A stretch of DNA of 32,589 nucleotides from Vulcanimicrobiales bacterium (lineage in GTDB: Bacteria; Vulcanimicrobiota; Vulcanimicrobiia; Vulcanimicrobiales; Vulcanimicrobiaceae): the NCBI GenBank assembly GCA_038231455.1, contig JBBRLI010000031.1:1-32589 (forward strand), written 5' to 3'. The notes beneath the pieces were generated by a model. The model was not told where the DNA came from and searched no databases. It saw only the letters and a program-made list of their open reading frames with translations. Each line of letters starts with the position of its first letter. The stretch's first letter is position 1. Made by a program: the position numbers and the translations under genes. Positions 19,245-32,589 of the stretch are shown here, in pieces.

Positions 19245-20129
19245 GTGATTCGTGCGTACGGCGTCCTCGTACTCGCGCAGCTCGCGATCGGTGCCGCCGC
19301 GATTTTTGCCCGTTACGCGCTCCTCGGTTCGGGCCCGGCATGGGCCTCGGCGCTGCGGCTTGCGATCGCATCGATTCCGCTGGTTGCCATCGCCGCGCTG
19401 CGCGGTGCTTTTCGCGGAGGCGATCGAGCGACCGATGGACGCCTCATCCTCGCCGGCATTTTGCTTGGATTGCATTTCGCAACGTGGATCGATTCACTCC
19501 GCTATACGACGGTCGCAATCTCGACGCTACTCGTAACGACGACACCGGTGTGGACAGAATTCATCGACCGCCGAAAACGACGCGGCTCGCTGCGCACCCG
19601 CACGCTTGCGATCGGAATCGCGCTCGTCGGGGTTGCCGTCGTTGTCGGCTGGCCGAGCGCGGCGGGCAGCGACCCCCTGCGTGGCGCGATCTTGGCGCTC
19701 GTCGGCAGTGCGGCGATCGCGGGCTATCTCACCATCGTGCAGCGAGTCGGCGAATCTCCCGAGCGCAGCGCGCGCTACTCGACGATGGGCATCGTCGGTC
19801 GCACGTATCCGGTTGCCGCAATCGCCGTCGGCATTTGGGCTCTCATCAGTCACGACCGATTCCCGCAGCTTTCCGACACCACCGCGTGGGGCGGTATTCT
19901 TGCAATGGCGCTCATCTCGCAGATGCTCGGCCATACCGCACTCAACGCCGCACTGCGCACGCTGACGTCGACGATCGTTGCAATGACGACGCTGCTGGAA
20001 CCGATTGTTGCAGCGCTCTTCGCCGCGTGGCTCTTTAGCGAACGCCTCAGTCCGCTGACGACGCTCGGCGGGGTTCTCGTGCTCGCGGGAATCGCGCTTT
20101 TGGTGCGCGAGGAAGGCCGCGCGACTTAG
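19245..20129 (+). CDS. EamA/DMT family transporter
   Basis: About 10 TM segments; AGILLGLHFATWIDSLRYTTVA, QMLGHTALN, LLEPIVA motifs. Confidence 0.9.
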   Translation: MIRAYGVLVLAQLAIGAAAIFARYALLGSGPAWASALRLAIASIPLVAIAALRGAFRGGDRATDGRLILAGILLGLHFATWIDSLRYTTVAISTLLVTTTPVWTEFIDRRKRRGSLRTRTLAIGIALVGVAVVVGWPSAAGSDPLRGAILALVGSAAIAGYLTIVQRVGESPERSARYSTMGIVGRTYPVAAIAVGIWALISHDRFPQLSDTTAWGGILAMALISQMLGHTALNAALRTLTSTIVAMTTLLEPIVAALFAAWLFSERLSPLTTLGGVLVLAGIALLVREEGRAT

Positions 20130-22078
20130 TCACCGAGGTCGTCGAGCACGCGCAACACTTCGGCGACACTCCACGCTTGCGCGATCGTGCCGCGGGCTGC
20201 GAACGGCGGTTCCGCATCGAAGATTTCGCCGATCGATCCGAGCCCGTAGTTCGTGAACTCGTCGAGCAGCGGGAGGACGAACGAGCGCGCGAGTTCGCGG
20301 TCGCCGTGCACGTGATAGTGTGCGGAGGCGAACGGGCCGATCAGCCAACCCCAGACCGTGCCTTGGTGGTAGGCGCCGTCGCGCGCGTGCACGTCGCCGC
20401 GATACTGCGGGACGTATGCCGGATCGCGGGGCGAGAGACTGCGCAAACCGCGCGGCGTAACGAATTCTTTCCCGCAGACATCGACGATTGCGTGCTGCTG
20501 CTGCGGCGTAAGCGGGCTTGCGTGCAGTGAGACGGCGAAGATGGCGTTCGGCCGCAGCGTTGCATCGTTGCCGCCCGGTCCGTCGAGGACATCGTAGGCA
20601 TACTCGCCGTTCCAGTAGCGTGCAAAACCGGCGCGCGTTTTCTCCGCAAGGGCGCGAAACGGGGCGCTCGGGCGGTCGATCAATTGCGAGAGATGTTCGA
20701 GCGTGCGCAGCGCCGCGTACCAGAGTGCATTGATCTCGATGGGTTTTCCGATGCGCGGTGTGACGACCCAGTCGCCGACTTTCGCATCCATCCATGTCAA
20801 CTGGACTCCGGGCTCGCCGCCGCGTACGAGCCCGTCGCTTGCATCCATCACGATGCCGTAGCGCGTACCGTTCTTATACGCATCGACGATTTGACGCAAG
20901 GTTGGATAGAGTTCGACGACAAGATCGCGGTCGTTCGTCGCCGCGACATACGCGCGCACGGCCTCGATGTACCAGAGCGATGCATCGAAGGTGTTGTATT
21001 CGGGCGGTTCGTTTCCATCGGGAAACCGGTTCGGGATCATGCCGCCATCGACGTAGCGTGCGAACGTTTGCAGAATCGTGCGCCCTACGTCGTGTCGCCC
21101 CGTCGCAAGCGTGAGGCCGGGGAGTGCGATCATCGTATCGCGGCCCCAATCCGCGAACCAGTGATAGCCGGCGATCACGGTCTTGCCGACGCTGCCATCG
21201 GCGAAGCGACGGTCAACAATGAACGCATCCGCCGCAATCGCAAGCGTGCGCAGCTTCGGATCGTCAATCCCGCGAGCACGCTGGTCATCGAGTGCTCGTC
21301 GTTCGACTACGATCGCGCCGGCACTCGGCACATCGCTATCGCCGAATGCAAGCGTCACGCCAAGCTGACCTTGCGGTGCGATCGTCGCGCGAAACGAACC
21401 GACCATCGGATGATCTTCCACCGCTTCCAGGCCGCGTTCGCGCTCGCGTTCGAGTTCGAAGGCGCGATACCAATCGGCCGACGTCGACCACTCCGCGTCC
21501 GAACGCACGACCAGGCTCGCGCCGAGCGACGGCAATACGACGCGCACGCCGCCGGGGATGAGGTCGCTTGCAAAAACGCGGCCGTCTTGGCGGCTCGTTC
21601 CGTGATGATCGCGATCGTCTGCGAGGACGCGTACGTCCAGCGTCGCGGGTTCGTCCGCGCGTTCGAGCGCGTACACAAGAGCGGTCACGTTTGCGCCGGG
21701 CTGCATCGTTAGCGTCACCGAAAAGACCGCATCGCCGAGCGTGTACGTCCACGTCGCGATATTTCCATCGAGCACGAACGATTCGAGCAGTGTATAGCCG
21801 TGGGGCGAGACGCTGCCATCGACCCAGGCGTTGGTGCCCAGTTCATACCGGACGCCGCAGTAGGTGAGCACGGCTTCGAGCTTAGGCACGATCAGGTGCC
21901 GCCCCGTCGGCGGCGAGGTCGCAGCAACAAGCAGACCATGGTAGCGCCGGGTCAGGGTTCCGGCGACCGTCCCGGACGCGTACCCCCCGATGCCGTTTGG
22001 GACGAGCCACTCCCGTGCCTCGGCCGCATTTCGATCCTGGGTCACCTCGCGGCCCAAGCGCACCACACCGGCTTCCAT
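20126..22078 (-). CDS. Amylo-alpha-1,6-glucosidase (archaeal-type glycogen debranching enzyme)
   Basis: REWLVPNGIGGYASGT..G..TRRYHGLLVA, IAGYHWFADWGRDTMI, QLTWMDAK, RIGKPIEINALWY, YHQGTVW.WL, AQAWSVAE; start ATG 22078. Confidence 0.92.
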   Translation of the reverse strand: MEAGVVRLGREVTQDRNAAEAREWLVPNGIGGYASGTVAGTLTRRYHGLLVAATSPPTGRHLIVPKLEAVLTYCGVRYELGTNAWVDGSVSPHGYTLLESFVLDGNIATWTYTLGDAVFSVTLTMQPGANVTALVYALERADEPATLDVRVLADDRDHHGTSRQDGRVFASDLIPGGVRVVLPSLGASLVVRSDAEWSTSADWYRAFELERERERGLEAVEDHPMVGSFRATIAPQGQLGVTLAFGDSDVPSAGAIVVERRALDDQRARGIDDPKLRTLAIAADAFIVDRRFADGSVGKTVIAGYHWFADWGRDTMIALPGLTLATGRHDVGRTILQTFARYVDGGMIPNRFPDGNEPPEYNTFDASLWYIEAVRAYVAATNDRDLVVELYPTLRQIVDAYKNGTRYGIVMDASDGLVRGGEPGVQLTWMDAKVGDWVVTPRIGKPIEINALWYAALRTLEHLSQLIDRPSAPFRALAEKTRAGFARYWNGEYAYDVLDGPGGNDATLRPNAIFAVSLHASPLTPQQQHAIVDVCGKEFVTPRGLRSLSPRDPAYVPQYRGDVHARDGAYHQGTVWGWLIGPFASAHYHVHGDRELARSFVLPLLDEFTNYGLGSIGEIFDAEPPFAARGTIAQAWSVAEVLRVLDDLGD

Positions 22079-22140
22079 ATGGTCGGCTTTCGCACATGGG
22101 ACGGGGGTCCCATCCGCAGAGTCGCGTACTTGCTTGGTCA

Positions 22141-24863
<2,723 letters not shown>

Positions 24864-24867
<4 letters not shown>

Positions 24868-26198
24868 ACACCTACGACGTTATCGTGATCGGCAGCGGTC
24901 AGGGGGGTTCGCCGTTTGCCATGAAACAGGCGAAGGCCGGGAAGCGCGTCGTGCTCTTCGAGAAACGCGCGCTCGGCGGGACGTGTGTGAACACCGGCTG
25001 CACGCCCTCGAAAGCGTTTCTCGCCTCCGCACACCGCGCCGGCCGCGCGCGACTCGGTGCGAAACTGCACGTACACGCCGACGTGCGCGTGGATTTTCCG
25101 GCGGTGATGGAGCGCGTGCGCGAGCTCGTACGGCAGTGGAGCGGCGGCGTTGGAGAGCATCTTGCCGAGACCACGGTCGATGTCATCATGCATGAGGCGT
25201 CGTTTGCCGATGCGACGACGGTCGTCGCGAACGGCGAGGCCTATACCGCTCCCGTGATCGTGATCGACACCGGCGGACGTCCGAGCGTGCCGCCGATCGA
25301 CGGTCTTGCCGGGACGCCGTATTTCACGAGCGACAACTTCTTCGCGCAGACGTCGCTACCCAAGCGCCTGGCGGTCATCGGCGGCGGATACATCGGGCTC
25401 GAACTCGGGCAGGGTATGGCGCGCTGCGGGGCAGCCGTGCACATCATCGAGACCGCCCCGCGGTTGCTCGCGCGCGAGGAAGCGGAAGTGAGCGCGGTAC
25501 TCGAAGCGGCTTTGGTCGCCGATGGAATGACGATCCAACACAACGCCAAAATCGTGCGCGTGGCGCACGACGGCGTGCTTTTCACGATCACGTTTGGCGA
25601 CGGTACCACACATCAATCCGAGGCGCTGCTCGTCGCGACAGGTCGCACCCCAAACGTTCCCCACGGCGCGACCTTCGATGTGCGGAGCAACGGCACGATC
25701 GAAATCGACGACCGTTTTGCAACGAGCGTACCGGGCATCTACGCAATCGGCGACGTGGCGGGACAGCCGCAATTCACGCACGTGTCGTGGGAAGATTTCC
25801 GCCGCCTCGACGCCATTCTCTCCGGCGAATCGCGCACGCGCAACGACCGCGTGCTCGCGTACGCCATCTTTACCGATCCGCAAGTCGGCCGCGTCGGGAT
25901 GACGCTTGCCGATGCGATCGCCGCCGGGCACGATGCCCAAGCCGTAACGATACAGCTCACAGACGTTGCGCGCGGGATCGAGTGGGCGGAGACCGATGGT
26001 TTCTATCGCATCGTTGTCGACCGCAAAACGGAAAAGATGCTCGGCGCGACGCTCGTGGGCTATGAGACGGGCGAACTCGTCCATGTGATTCTCGCGCACA
26101 TGGAAGCGGGCTCGACATGGCGCACGCTGGAGCGCTCCGTGCACATCCATCCGACCTACGCGGAAGCACTGCCGACGCTGGTTCGTCAACTGGTATGA
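24864..26198 (+). CDS. FAD-dependent pyridine nucleotide-disulfide oxidoreductase (class I; MerA/RclA/Lpd-like)
   Basis: VIGSGQGG, GGTCVNTGCTPSK redox disulfide, IGGGYIGLE, IYAIGDV, HPTYAE; no C-terminal Cys-Cys. Confidence 0.9.
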
Positions 26199-28366
26199 TA
26201 GGACTCGACGCGCGCACCGGCGCCGTCGTCGGCGGCAAAGAATGCGACGCCTTCTCGTACCTCGGTATGCACGAACGCCCCGACGGCTCGCTCGTCGTTC
26301 GTGCATTCATCCCCGAAGCGACCGGCATCGCGGTGATCGATGCGGACGGCAACGTCGTCGCGGATCTCGCGCGCCTGCATCCCGACGGTTTCTTCGCCGG
26401 CCCCGTACCGGAGCGCATCGTCTATCGATTGCGCATCGCGCGCGGCAGAGAACACGTCGATATCGAGGACCCGTATCGTTTCGGTCCGATCGTCGGCGAG
26501 CTCGATGCATATTTGATCGCATCGGGGCGGCATCTCGATCTCTACCGCGTGCTCGGCGCCCATCCGCGCACGATCGACGGCGTTCCCGGCGTGACGTTCG
26601 CCGTGTGGGCACCCAACGCTCGGCGCGTGAGTGTCGTCGGTGATTGGAACGGCTGGGACGGACGCGTACACGTGATGCGCCTGCGACGCGAATGCGGCGT
26701 GTACGAAATCTTCTTGCCGCACGTCCCCGTCGGCAGCCGCTACAAATTCGAGATCGTCGGCGAAGACGGCACGCTGCTCGCGCTCAAAGCCGATCCCGTC
26801 GCCTTTGCCGCCGAGATGCGTCCCAACAACGCCTCGATCGTCGTCGAGGATTCCGCGTATCCGTGGAACGACACAGCGTGGATGCAGACGCGCGGCGAAC
26901 GGAATAGCTTTCGCGCGCCGATCTCGGTCTACGAAGTCCACGCGGGCTCGTGGCGGCGCGGTGATGGCGACCGGTTTCTCACCTATCGGGAGCTCGCTGC
27001 CGAACTGATCCCCTACGTGGTCGAGATGGGCTTCACGCACATCGAGCTCTTGCCGATCACCGAACATCCCTTCGATGGATCGTGGGGCTATCAAACCACC
27101 GGCATGTTCGCGCCGACGAGTCGCTTCGGCTCGCCCGAAGACTTCCGCGCGTTCGTCGATGCCGCGCACGCGGCGGGTCTCGGCGTCCTGCTCGATTGGG
27201 TACCCGGCCATTTTCCCGTTGACGCCTTTAGCCTGGGCTACTTCGACGGCACGCATCTCTACGAGCACGCCGATCCGCGCAAAGGCTTTCACGAAGAGTG
27301 GGGCACGTACGCCTACGCGCTCGGCCGCACCGAGATTGACAACTTCCTCATCGCAAGCGCTCTGTACTGGTTGCGCGAATTTCACATCGACGGTCTGCGC
27401 GTCGACGCCGTCTCCTCGATCGTGTATCTCGACTACTCGCGCGAGGCGGGTGCCTGGATTCCCAACATCTACGGCGGCAACGAGAACCTCGAGGCAACCG
27501 CGTTCTTGCGGCGCTTCAACGAAACCGTCTATCGCGAAGTCGAGGGCATCCTCACCGTCGCCGAAGAGTCGACCTCGTGGCCCAACGTGAGCGCGCCGAC
27601 GTCGCTCGGCGGTCTTGGGTTCGGCTTCAAATGGAACATGGGCTGGATGCACGATACGCTCGCGTTTTTCGAGCGCGATCCGATGCATCGCGGCTATCAC
27701 CTAAGCGACATCAGCTTCGGCCTCGTCTACGCGTTCACCGAGAACTACATGCTGCCGCTCTCACACGATGAAGTCGTACATGGGAAAGGCTCGCTCATCG
27801 GCCGGATGCCCGGCGGCGAGTGGGAGCAGTTTGCCAACTTGCGTTTGCTCTTCGGCCTGATGTTCGCGCACCCGGGCAAGAAACTGATCTTCATGGGCGG
27901 CGAATTCGGACAGCGTGTGGAGTGGAATGCCGCGCACGCGCTCGACTGGTACGTGCTCCAGTACGCACCGCATGCCGGCGTCAAGAAACTCGTCGCCGAT
28001 TGCAACGCGCTCTACCGAACCCTCGCACCGCTGCACCGTCGCGACAAAGAACCGGCCGGATTCGAGTGGATCACCTACGAGGATCGTGCGAATGCCGTGG
28101 TCGCGTTCGTGCGCTGGGACGATCGCAGCGGGAACCCGGTTCTTGCAGTATTCAATACGAGCGGCGTGCGCGTCGACGGCTACCGGCTGGGCGTGCCGCG
28201 CGCGGGCTACTGGCGCGAGATTCTCAACACCGACGCGGCGCTCTACGGCGGTCGCAACGAAGGCAACGCCGGCGGCGCGCACGCCGAGCCGATTCACGCA
28301 CACGGTCGCGAACAATCGGTGTCCCTCACCCTGCCCGCACTCAGTGCGCTTTGGTTTTCGCTATGA
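26195..28366 (+). CDS. glgB: 1,4-alpha-glucan branching enzyme
   Basis: FAVWAPNA, YEVHAGSW, SWGYQ, LDWVPGHFP, DGLRVDAV, AEESTSWP, LPLSHDEVVHGK; ATG 26195 overlaps upstream stop. Confidence 0.97.
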   Translation: MIGLDARTGAVVGGKECDAFSYLGMHERPDGSLVVRAFIPEATGIAVIDADGNVVADLARLHPDGFFAGPVPERIVYRLRIARGREHVDIEDPYRFGPIVGELDAYLIASGRHLDLYRVLGAHPRTIDGVPGVTFAVWAPNARRVSVVGDWNGWDGRVHVMRLRRECGVYEIFLPHVPVGSRYKFEIVGEDGTLLALKADPVAFAAEMRPNNASIVVEDSAYPWNDTAWMQTRGERNSFRAPISVYEVHAGSWRRGDGDRFLTYRELAAELIPYVVEMGFTHIELLPITEHPFDGSWGYQTTGMFAPTSRFGSPEDFRAFVDAAHAAGLGVLLDWVPGHFPVDAFSLGYFDGTHLYEHADPRKGFHEEWGTYAYALGRTEIDNFLIASALYWLREFHIDGLRVDAVSSIVYLDYSREAGAWIPNIYGGNENLEATAFLRRFNETVYREVEGILTVAEESTSWPNVSAPTSLGGLGFGFKWNMGWMHDTLAFFERDPMHRGYHLSDISFGLVYAFTENYMLPLSHDEVVHGKGSLIGRMPGGEWEQFANLRLLFGLMFAHPGKKLIFMGGEFGQRVEWNAAHALDWYVLQYAPHAGVKKLVADCNALYRTLAPLHRRDKEPAGFEWITYEDRANAVVAFVRWDDRSGNPVLAVFNTSGVRVDGYRLGVPRAGYWREILNTDAALYGGRNEGNAGGAHAEPIHAHGREQSVSLTLPALSALWFSL

Positions 28367-30435
28367 TCTCGCGCGCCGCGATGGAATCCGGCCTGCCCTA
28401 TCCGCTGGGGGCAACGTGGGACGGCAAGGGCGTCAACTTCGCGCTCTTTTCCGCGCACGCCGAACGCGTTGAACTCTGCATCTTCGATGCGCGCGGACGC
28501 CGCGAACTCCATCGCATCGTGCTTCCCGAATATACCGACGAAGTGTGGCACGGGTATCTGACCGAAGCGCGACCCGGTCTCCTGTACGGTTATCGCGTAT
28601 ACGGTCCGTACGATCCGCACAACGGCCATCGCTTCAACGGGAACAAGCTGCTCGTCGACCCCTATGCGAAGGCGCTGGCCGGAACGATTCGCTGGAGCGA
28701 CGCGCATTTCGGCTATCGCATCGGCAGCCGACATGGCGATCTCTCGTTCGACCGCCGCGACAACGCCTCGGGGATGCCCAAGTGCGTCGTCGTCGATACC
28801 GCCTTCACGTGGGGCGACGACCGGCGACCGAACGTGCCGTGGTCGCAGACGATTTTTTACGAACTGCACGTCAAAGGCTTTACCGTTCTGCATCCCGAGG
28901 TCTCACCGGCGCTGCGCGGCACGGTCGGCGGCCTCACCTCACCTGCGGTCATCGAATATCTGCAAAAAATCGGCGTCACGTCGGTTGAATTGCTGCCGGT
29001 GCAGGCGTTCGTCGATGACCGGTATCTCGTCGAGAAGCGGTTGCGCAACTATTGGGGCTACAACACCCTCGGCTTCTTTGCACCCGATCCGCGCTATCTC
29101 AACGCCGATCCGGACGAATTCAAATCGATGGTCAAGCACTTGCACAGCGCGGGGATCGAAGTCATCCTCGACGTGGTGTATAACCACACCGCCGAAGGAA
29201 ACGAAGCCGGGCCGACGCTCTCGTTCCGGGGTATCGACAACGCATCGTACTACCGCCTCGCCGAGGACAAGCGCTACTACGACGACGTCACGGGCTGCGG
29301 CAACTCGCTCAATACGATGCACCCGCGCGTGCTACAGCTGGTCACCGACTCGCTGCGGTACTGGGTCGAAGAGATGCACGTCGACGGCTTTCGCTTCGAC
29401 CTTGCGACGGCGCTCGCACGCGAGAACAACGGGTACGACCGCAACGCCGCGTTTTTCAAGGCGATCGCGCAAGACCCGGTCCTCTCGCGCGTCAAGATGA
29501 TCGCCGAGCCCTGGGATCTGGGCATAGGCGGCTATCAAGTCGGCAATTTCCCGCCGGGCTGGTCGGAGTGGAACGGCAAGTATCGCGACACGCTGCGCCG
29601 TTTTTGGAAAGGCTCCGACGATATGTTGCCGGAGCTTGCATCGCGCCTTGCGGGATCGAGCGACCTCTTCCAACACAACGGACGACGGCCGCACGCGAGC
29701 ATCAACTTCATCACGGTCCACGACGGTTTTACGCTAACAGATCTGGTGAGTTATAACGAAAAACACAACGAAGCAAATCTGGAAGACAATCGCGACGGGA
29801 CCGACGACAATCAGAGTTGGAATTGCGGTGTGGAGGGACCGTCCGACGATCCTGCCGTCGTCAGCCTGCGCGAGCGGCAGAAGCGCAACATGCTTGCGAC
29901 ACTCTTCCTCTCACTCGGCGTCCCGCTGCTGACGGCGGGCGATGAATTCGGGCGTACGCAGAACGGCAACAACAACGCCTACTGCCAAGACAACGAAATT
30001 GGCTGGATCGATTGGAACGCACGCACGCCGAGCGACCTTGCGCTGCTCGAGTACACCGCGCTCCTGATCCGCTTGCGCAAAGCACATCCGGCTTTCAAAC
30101 GCACGACGTTCTTCCGCGGCCTCGAGCGCCCGGGCGGCTATAAAGACATCATGTGGTTCACCTCCGAGGGCAACGAGATGTCCGCCGAGGATTGGGGCAT
30201 GAACTTGCGCACGATCGGCCTCTTTTTCGGCGCCGAACCGCTCTTCGCGATGCTGCTCAACGCCCACGACGGCGACGTAACGTTCACCCTTCCGAGCGGC
30301 GAGCGCATCAACTGGGGCCTCGTGATCGACACGGCCGCGGAAGCCGACGGCGTGCGGCCCGCATCTCTCGGAGAGGGACAAAGTTACACGGTGCGCCACC
30401 GGTCGCTTGCGGTGTTCTCCGGCCGTCCGAAATGA
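28363..30435 (+). CDS. glgX: Glycogen debranching enzyme / isoamylase
   Basis: PYPLGATWDG.GVNFALFS, NYWGYNT, DVVYNHTAEG, DGFRFDLA, IAEPWD, HDGFTL, GNNNAYCQDN; ATGA overlap with glgB. Confidence 0.97.
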   Translation: MISRAAMESGLPYPLGATWDGKGVNFALFSAHAERVELCIFDARGRRELHRIVLPEYTDEVWHGYLTEARPGLLYGYRVYGPYDPHNGHRFNGNKLLVDPYAKALAGTIRWSDAHFGYRIGSRHGDLSFDRRDNASGMPKCVVVDTAFTWGDDRRPNVPWSQTIFYELHVKGFTVLHPEVSPALRGTVGGLTSPAVIEYLQKIGVTSVELLPVQAFVDDRYLVEKRLRNYWGYNTLGFFAPDPRYLNADPDEFKSMVKHLHSAGIEVILDVVYNHTAEGNEAGPTLSFRGIDNASYYRLAEDKRYYDDVTGCGNSLNTMHPRVLQLVTDSLRYWVEEMHVDGFRFDLATALARENNGYDRNAAFFKAIAQDPVLSRVKMIAEPWDLGIGGYQVGNFPPGWSEWNGKYRDTLRRFWKGSDDMLPELASRLAGSSDLFQHNGRRPHASINFITVHDGFTLTDLVSYNEKHNEANLEDNRDGTDDNQSWNCGVEGPSDDPAVVSLRERQKRNMLATLFLSLGVPLLTAGDEFGRTQNGNNNAYCQDNEIGWIDWNARTPSDLALLEYTALLIRLRKAHPAFKRTTFFRGLERPGGYKDIMWFTSEGNEMSAEDWGMNLRTIGLFFGAEPLFAMLLNAHDGDVTFTLPSGERINWGLVIDTAAEADGVRPASLGEGQSYTVRHRSLAVFSGRPK

Positions 30436-32528
30436 TCTCAGGCGAGATCGTCGAGAGTGCGGCACTGCTCGCCGGGATCGAACCATCCTTCCGCGATGCC
30501 TACGGCGGCGAGTACGTCGTCTCGTTCGAAACCAAACGCGCCCTGCTCGCCGCGCGCGCCGGGAATCTCGCCGTCAATGACCGGCTCGTCGCACCGACCA
30601 TCGTTGCGTACGAGAACGAGCCCGTCGAGGTGTGGTTTTTCGAAGGCGCGCAAGCGTACTCGCTGACGACCGAAGACGGTTCGCTCACCTACGACGGACG
30701 CATCGCATCTGAACCGACGCGCATCGCCGATGCACTGCCGCTCGGTTACCACACCCTCGACGTACGCGGCGCCGATGAAACGACCGCGCGTGCGACGGTG
30801 ATCGTCGCCCCCCGCCGCGCTTACGAGCCGCTATCGCTACGCGACGGGCGCGCGTTCGGTCTTGCCATCCAGCTCTACACGCTGCGTTCCGACCGCAACT
30901 GGGGCATGGGAGATTTCACCGACCTGCGGGATTTCATCGCGCACGCAAAGACGCTCGGCGCGAGCACGATCGGCATCAATCCCCTGCACGCGCTCGACAC
31001 GAGCGATCCCGAGGCATCGAGTCCGTACTCACCGACGAGTCGCTTCTTTCTGCACTGGCCGTACATCGACGTCGAGGCATTGCCGGAGTTCGCCGGTTCG
31101 CCTGCCGCGCGCGAACGAGCCGCAAGCGCGGAGATCCAAACACGCATCGAACTCTTGCGCGATGCGGTGAGCGTCGACTATCGCGGTGTGACCGCACTCA
31201 AACGCGAGGTCCTCGAAATCGTGTACCGCGATTTCCGCGCCGTCATCGTATCGCCCGAGAGCAGCGAACGCGCCGCGACATTCCTTGCCTATGCACACGG
31301 AGGCGGCGAACTCCTCGAACGCTTCGCGTGCTACGAAGCGCTGACCGAACGCTTTGCAAGCGACGACGGCCGCACGCGCGGCTGGCTCACGTGGCCCGCC
31401 GACTATCGCGACCCCGCGGGCGAAGCCGTGACGGCCTTTGCCGCTGAGGCGCGCGAACGCATCGACTTTTTCAAGTACGTGCAGTTCGCGGCCGAAGAAC
31501 AGTTCGCGCTTGCCGGCAGTGAAGCGCGCGAACTCGGCATCGGGCTCTATCGCGATCTCGCGGTCGGGGTCGATTCGAACAGCGCCGATGTGTGGTCGCT
31601 GCGCGATGCCTACTTGCTCGATGCGAGCGTCGGCGCGCCGCCCGATCCGATGAACGCGATCGGTCAGGACTGGGGACTTCCGCCGCTCGACCCGCTCGCG
31701 CTGCGCCGCGCGGGGTACCGCCCCTTCGCCGATCTCTTACGTTCGAACATGGCGCATGCCGGCGCGCTGCGCATCGATCACGTGATGGCGCTCGCGCGCC
31801 TCTTTTGGATGCCGCGAGGTCGCCCGCCGGCCGAGGGTGCCTATCAACGCTATGAGGTCGACGAGATGACCGCCGTCGTGACGCTGGAGAGCGTGCGCGC
31901 CAAGTGCCTCGTCATCGGTGAGGACCTCGGAACCGTGCCCGAAGGTTTTCGCGAACGGATGCTCGCCGCGGGTATCTTCTCGTATCGTCTCTTGCTCTTC
32001 GAACGCGAATTCGACGGTACGTTTCGCCCACCCGATGCGTTTCCGCCGCTCGCGCTTGCAAGCGTGGGAACCCACGATCTGCCAACGCTGCCCGGCTATC
32101 TCTTGGGCCGCGACATCGATCTGCGCGAACGGATCGGACTCATCGGCCCGACCGTCGCCGAGAACGAACGCGCCGCACGCAAGGGCGATTGCGAGCAGCT
32201 CTTCACCGCACTCGCAGCACATGGCGGCCTCACCGTCGCAGACGCGCACGCCGCGCGCGAGGCCTTAGGAGACCCCGAGGCAGATACGCGTGCGCTGGCA
32301 CCCGTGGTGCTTGCGGCATACCGCTTCATCGCGCAAACGCCGGCCAAGCTCGTCCTCGTGCAGATCGACGACATCATCGGCGAGCGCGATCAGATCAATT
32401 TACCGGGGACATCCATGCAGTATGCGAATTGGCGACGTAAACTCGCGCTGAGCGTCGAATCGATTGCCGCTGACGAGCGGTTCACGCAACTAGGCACGGC
32501 ATTCGAAGCGAGGAGCGCCCAGGGATGA
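30432..32528 (+). CDS. malQ: 4-alpha-glucanotransferase (amylomaltase, GH77)
   Basis: QLYTLRS..NWGMGDF, SPYSPTSR, YRDLAVG, GAPPD....GQDWGLPP, LRIDH, IGEDLG, THDLPT, NLPGT...YANWRRK; ATGA overlap with glgX. Confidence 0.96.
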   Translation: MISGEIVESAALLAGIEPSFRDAYGGEYVVSFETKRALLAARAGNLAVNDRLVAPTIVAYENEPVEVWFFEGAQAYSLTTEDGSLTYDGRIASEPTRIADALPLGYHTLDVRGADETTARATVIVAPRRAYEPLSLRDGRAFGLAIQLYTLRSDRNWGMGDFTDLRDFIAHAKTLGASTIGINPLHALDTSDPEASSPYSPTSRFFLHWPYIDVEALPEFAGSPAARERAASAEIQTRIELLRDAVSVDYRGVTALKREVLEIVYRDFRAVIVSPESSERAATFLAYAHGGGELLERFACYEALTERFASDDGRTRGWLTWPADYRDPAGEAVTAFAAEARERIDFFKYVQFAAEEQFALAGSEARELGIGLYRDLAVGVDSNSADVWSLRDAYLLDASVGAPPDPMNAIGQDWGLPPLDPLALRRAGYRPFADLLRSNMAHAGALRIDHVMALARLFWMPRGRPPAEGAYQRYEVDEMTAVVTLESVRAKCLVIGEDLGTVPEGFRERMLAAGIFSYRLLLFEREFDGTFRPPDAFPPLALASVGTHDLPTLPGYLLGRDIDLRERIGLIGPTVAENERAARKGDCEQLFTALAAHGGLTVADAHAAREALGDPEADTRALAPVVLAAYRFIAQTPAKLVLVQIDDIIGERDQINLPGTSMQYANWRRKLALSVESIAADERFTQLGTAFEARSAQG

Positions 32529-32589
32529 AAGCAGTCGTTATGGCCGGGGGAGAGGGTTCGCGGTTGCGTCCGCTCACCTCACGTCGCCC
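32525..32589 (+). CDS. N-terminus of an NDP-sugar pyrophosphorylase (mannose-1-phosphate guanylyltransferase-like); truncated by window edge
   Basis: MKAVVMAGGEGSRLRPLTSRR = GGxGxRLxPLT motif; ATGA overlap with malQ stop. Confidence 0.8.
   Translation, partial: MKAVVMAGGEGSRLRPLTSRR

Overview
High-GC bacterial chromosomal window. Gene style is suggestive of a Vulcanimicrobiota/Eremiobacterota-like soil bacterium, but that is inference only. From left to right: the 3' part of the red-type Rubisco activase cbbX, translationally coupled to a ComB-family phosphatase; an orphan Mo/W-type ABC binding protein; a beta-barrel protein and a cupin; a minus-strand rhodopsin (DTE, xanthorhodopsin-like)-crtY-blh operon with a Rhodobacter-type tyrosine ammonia-lyase upstream; a Cys/His microprotein whose locus recurs as a triply deleted copy on the far side of aldB-DUF779; a lytic transglycosylase, M14 peptidase and lipoprotein; thiC with a TPP riboswitch; a 145-bp nested palindromic element with GGA-loop hairpins; a phosphoesterase lipoprotein and EamA transporter; and an alpha-glucan cluster (divergent debranching enzyme; GH63-like glucosidase, disulfide oxidoreductase, glgB, glgX, malQ, start of an NDP-sugar pyrophosphorylase). 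No rRNA, tRNA, CRISPR array or transposase was seen. Family assignments come from motif recognition, not database searches.
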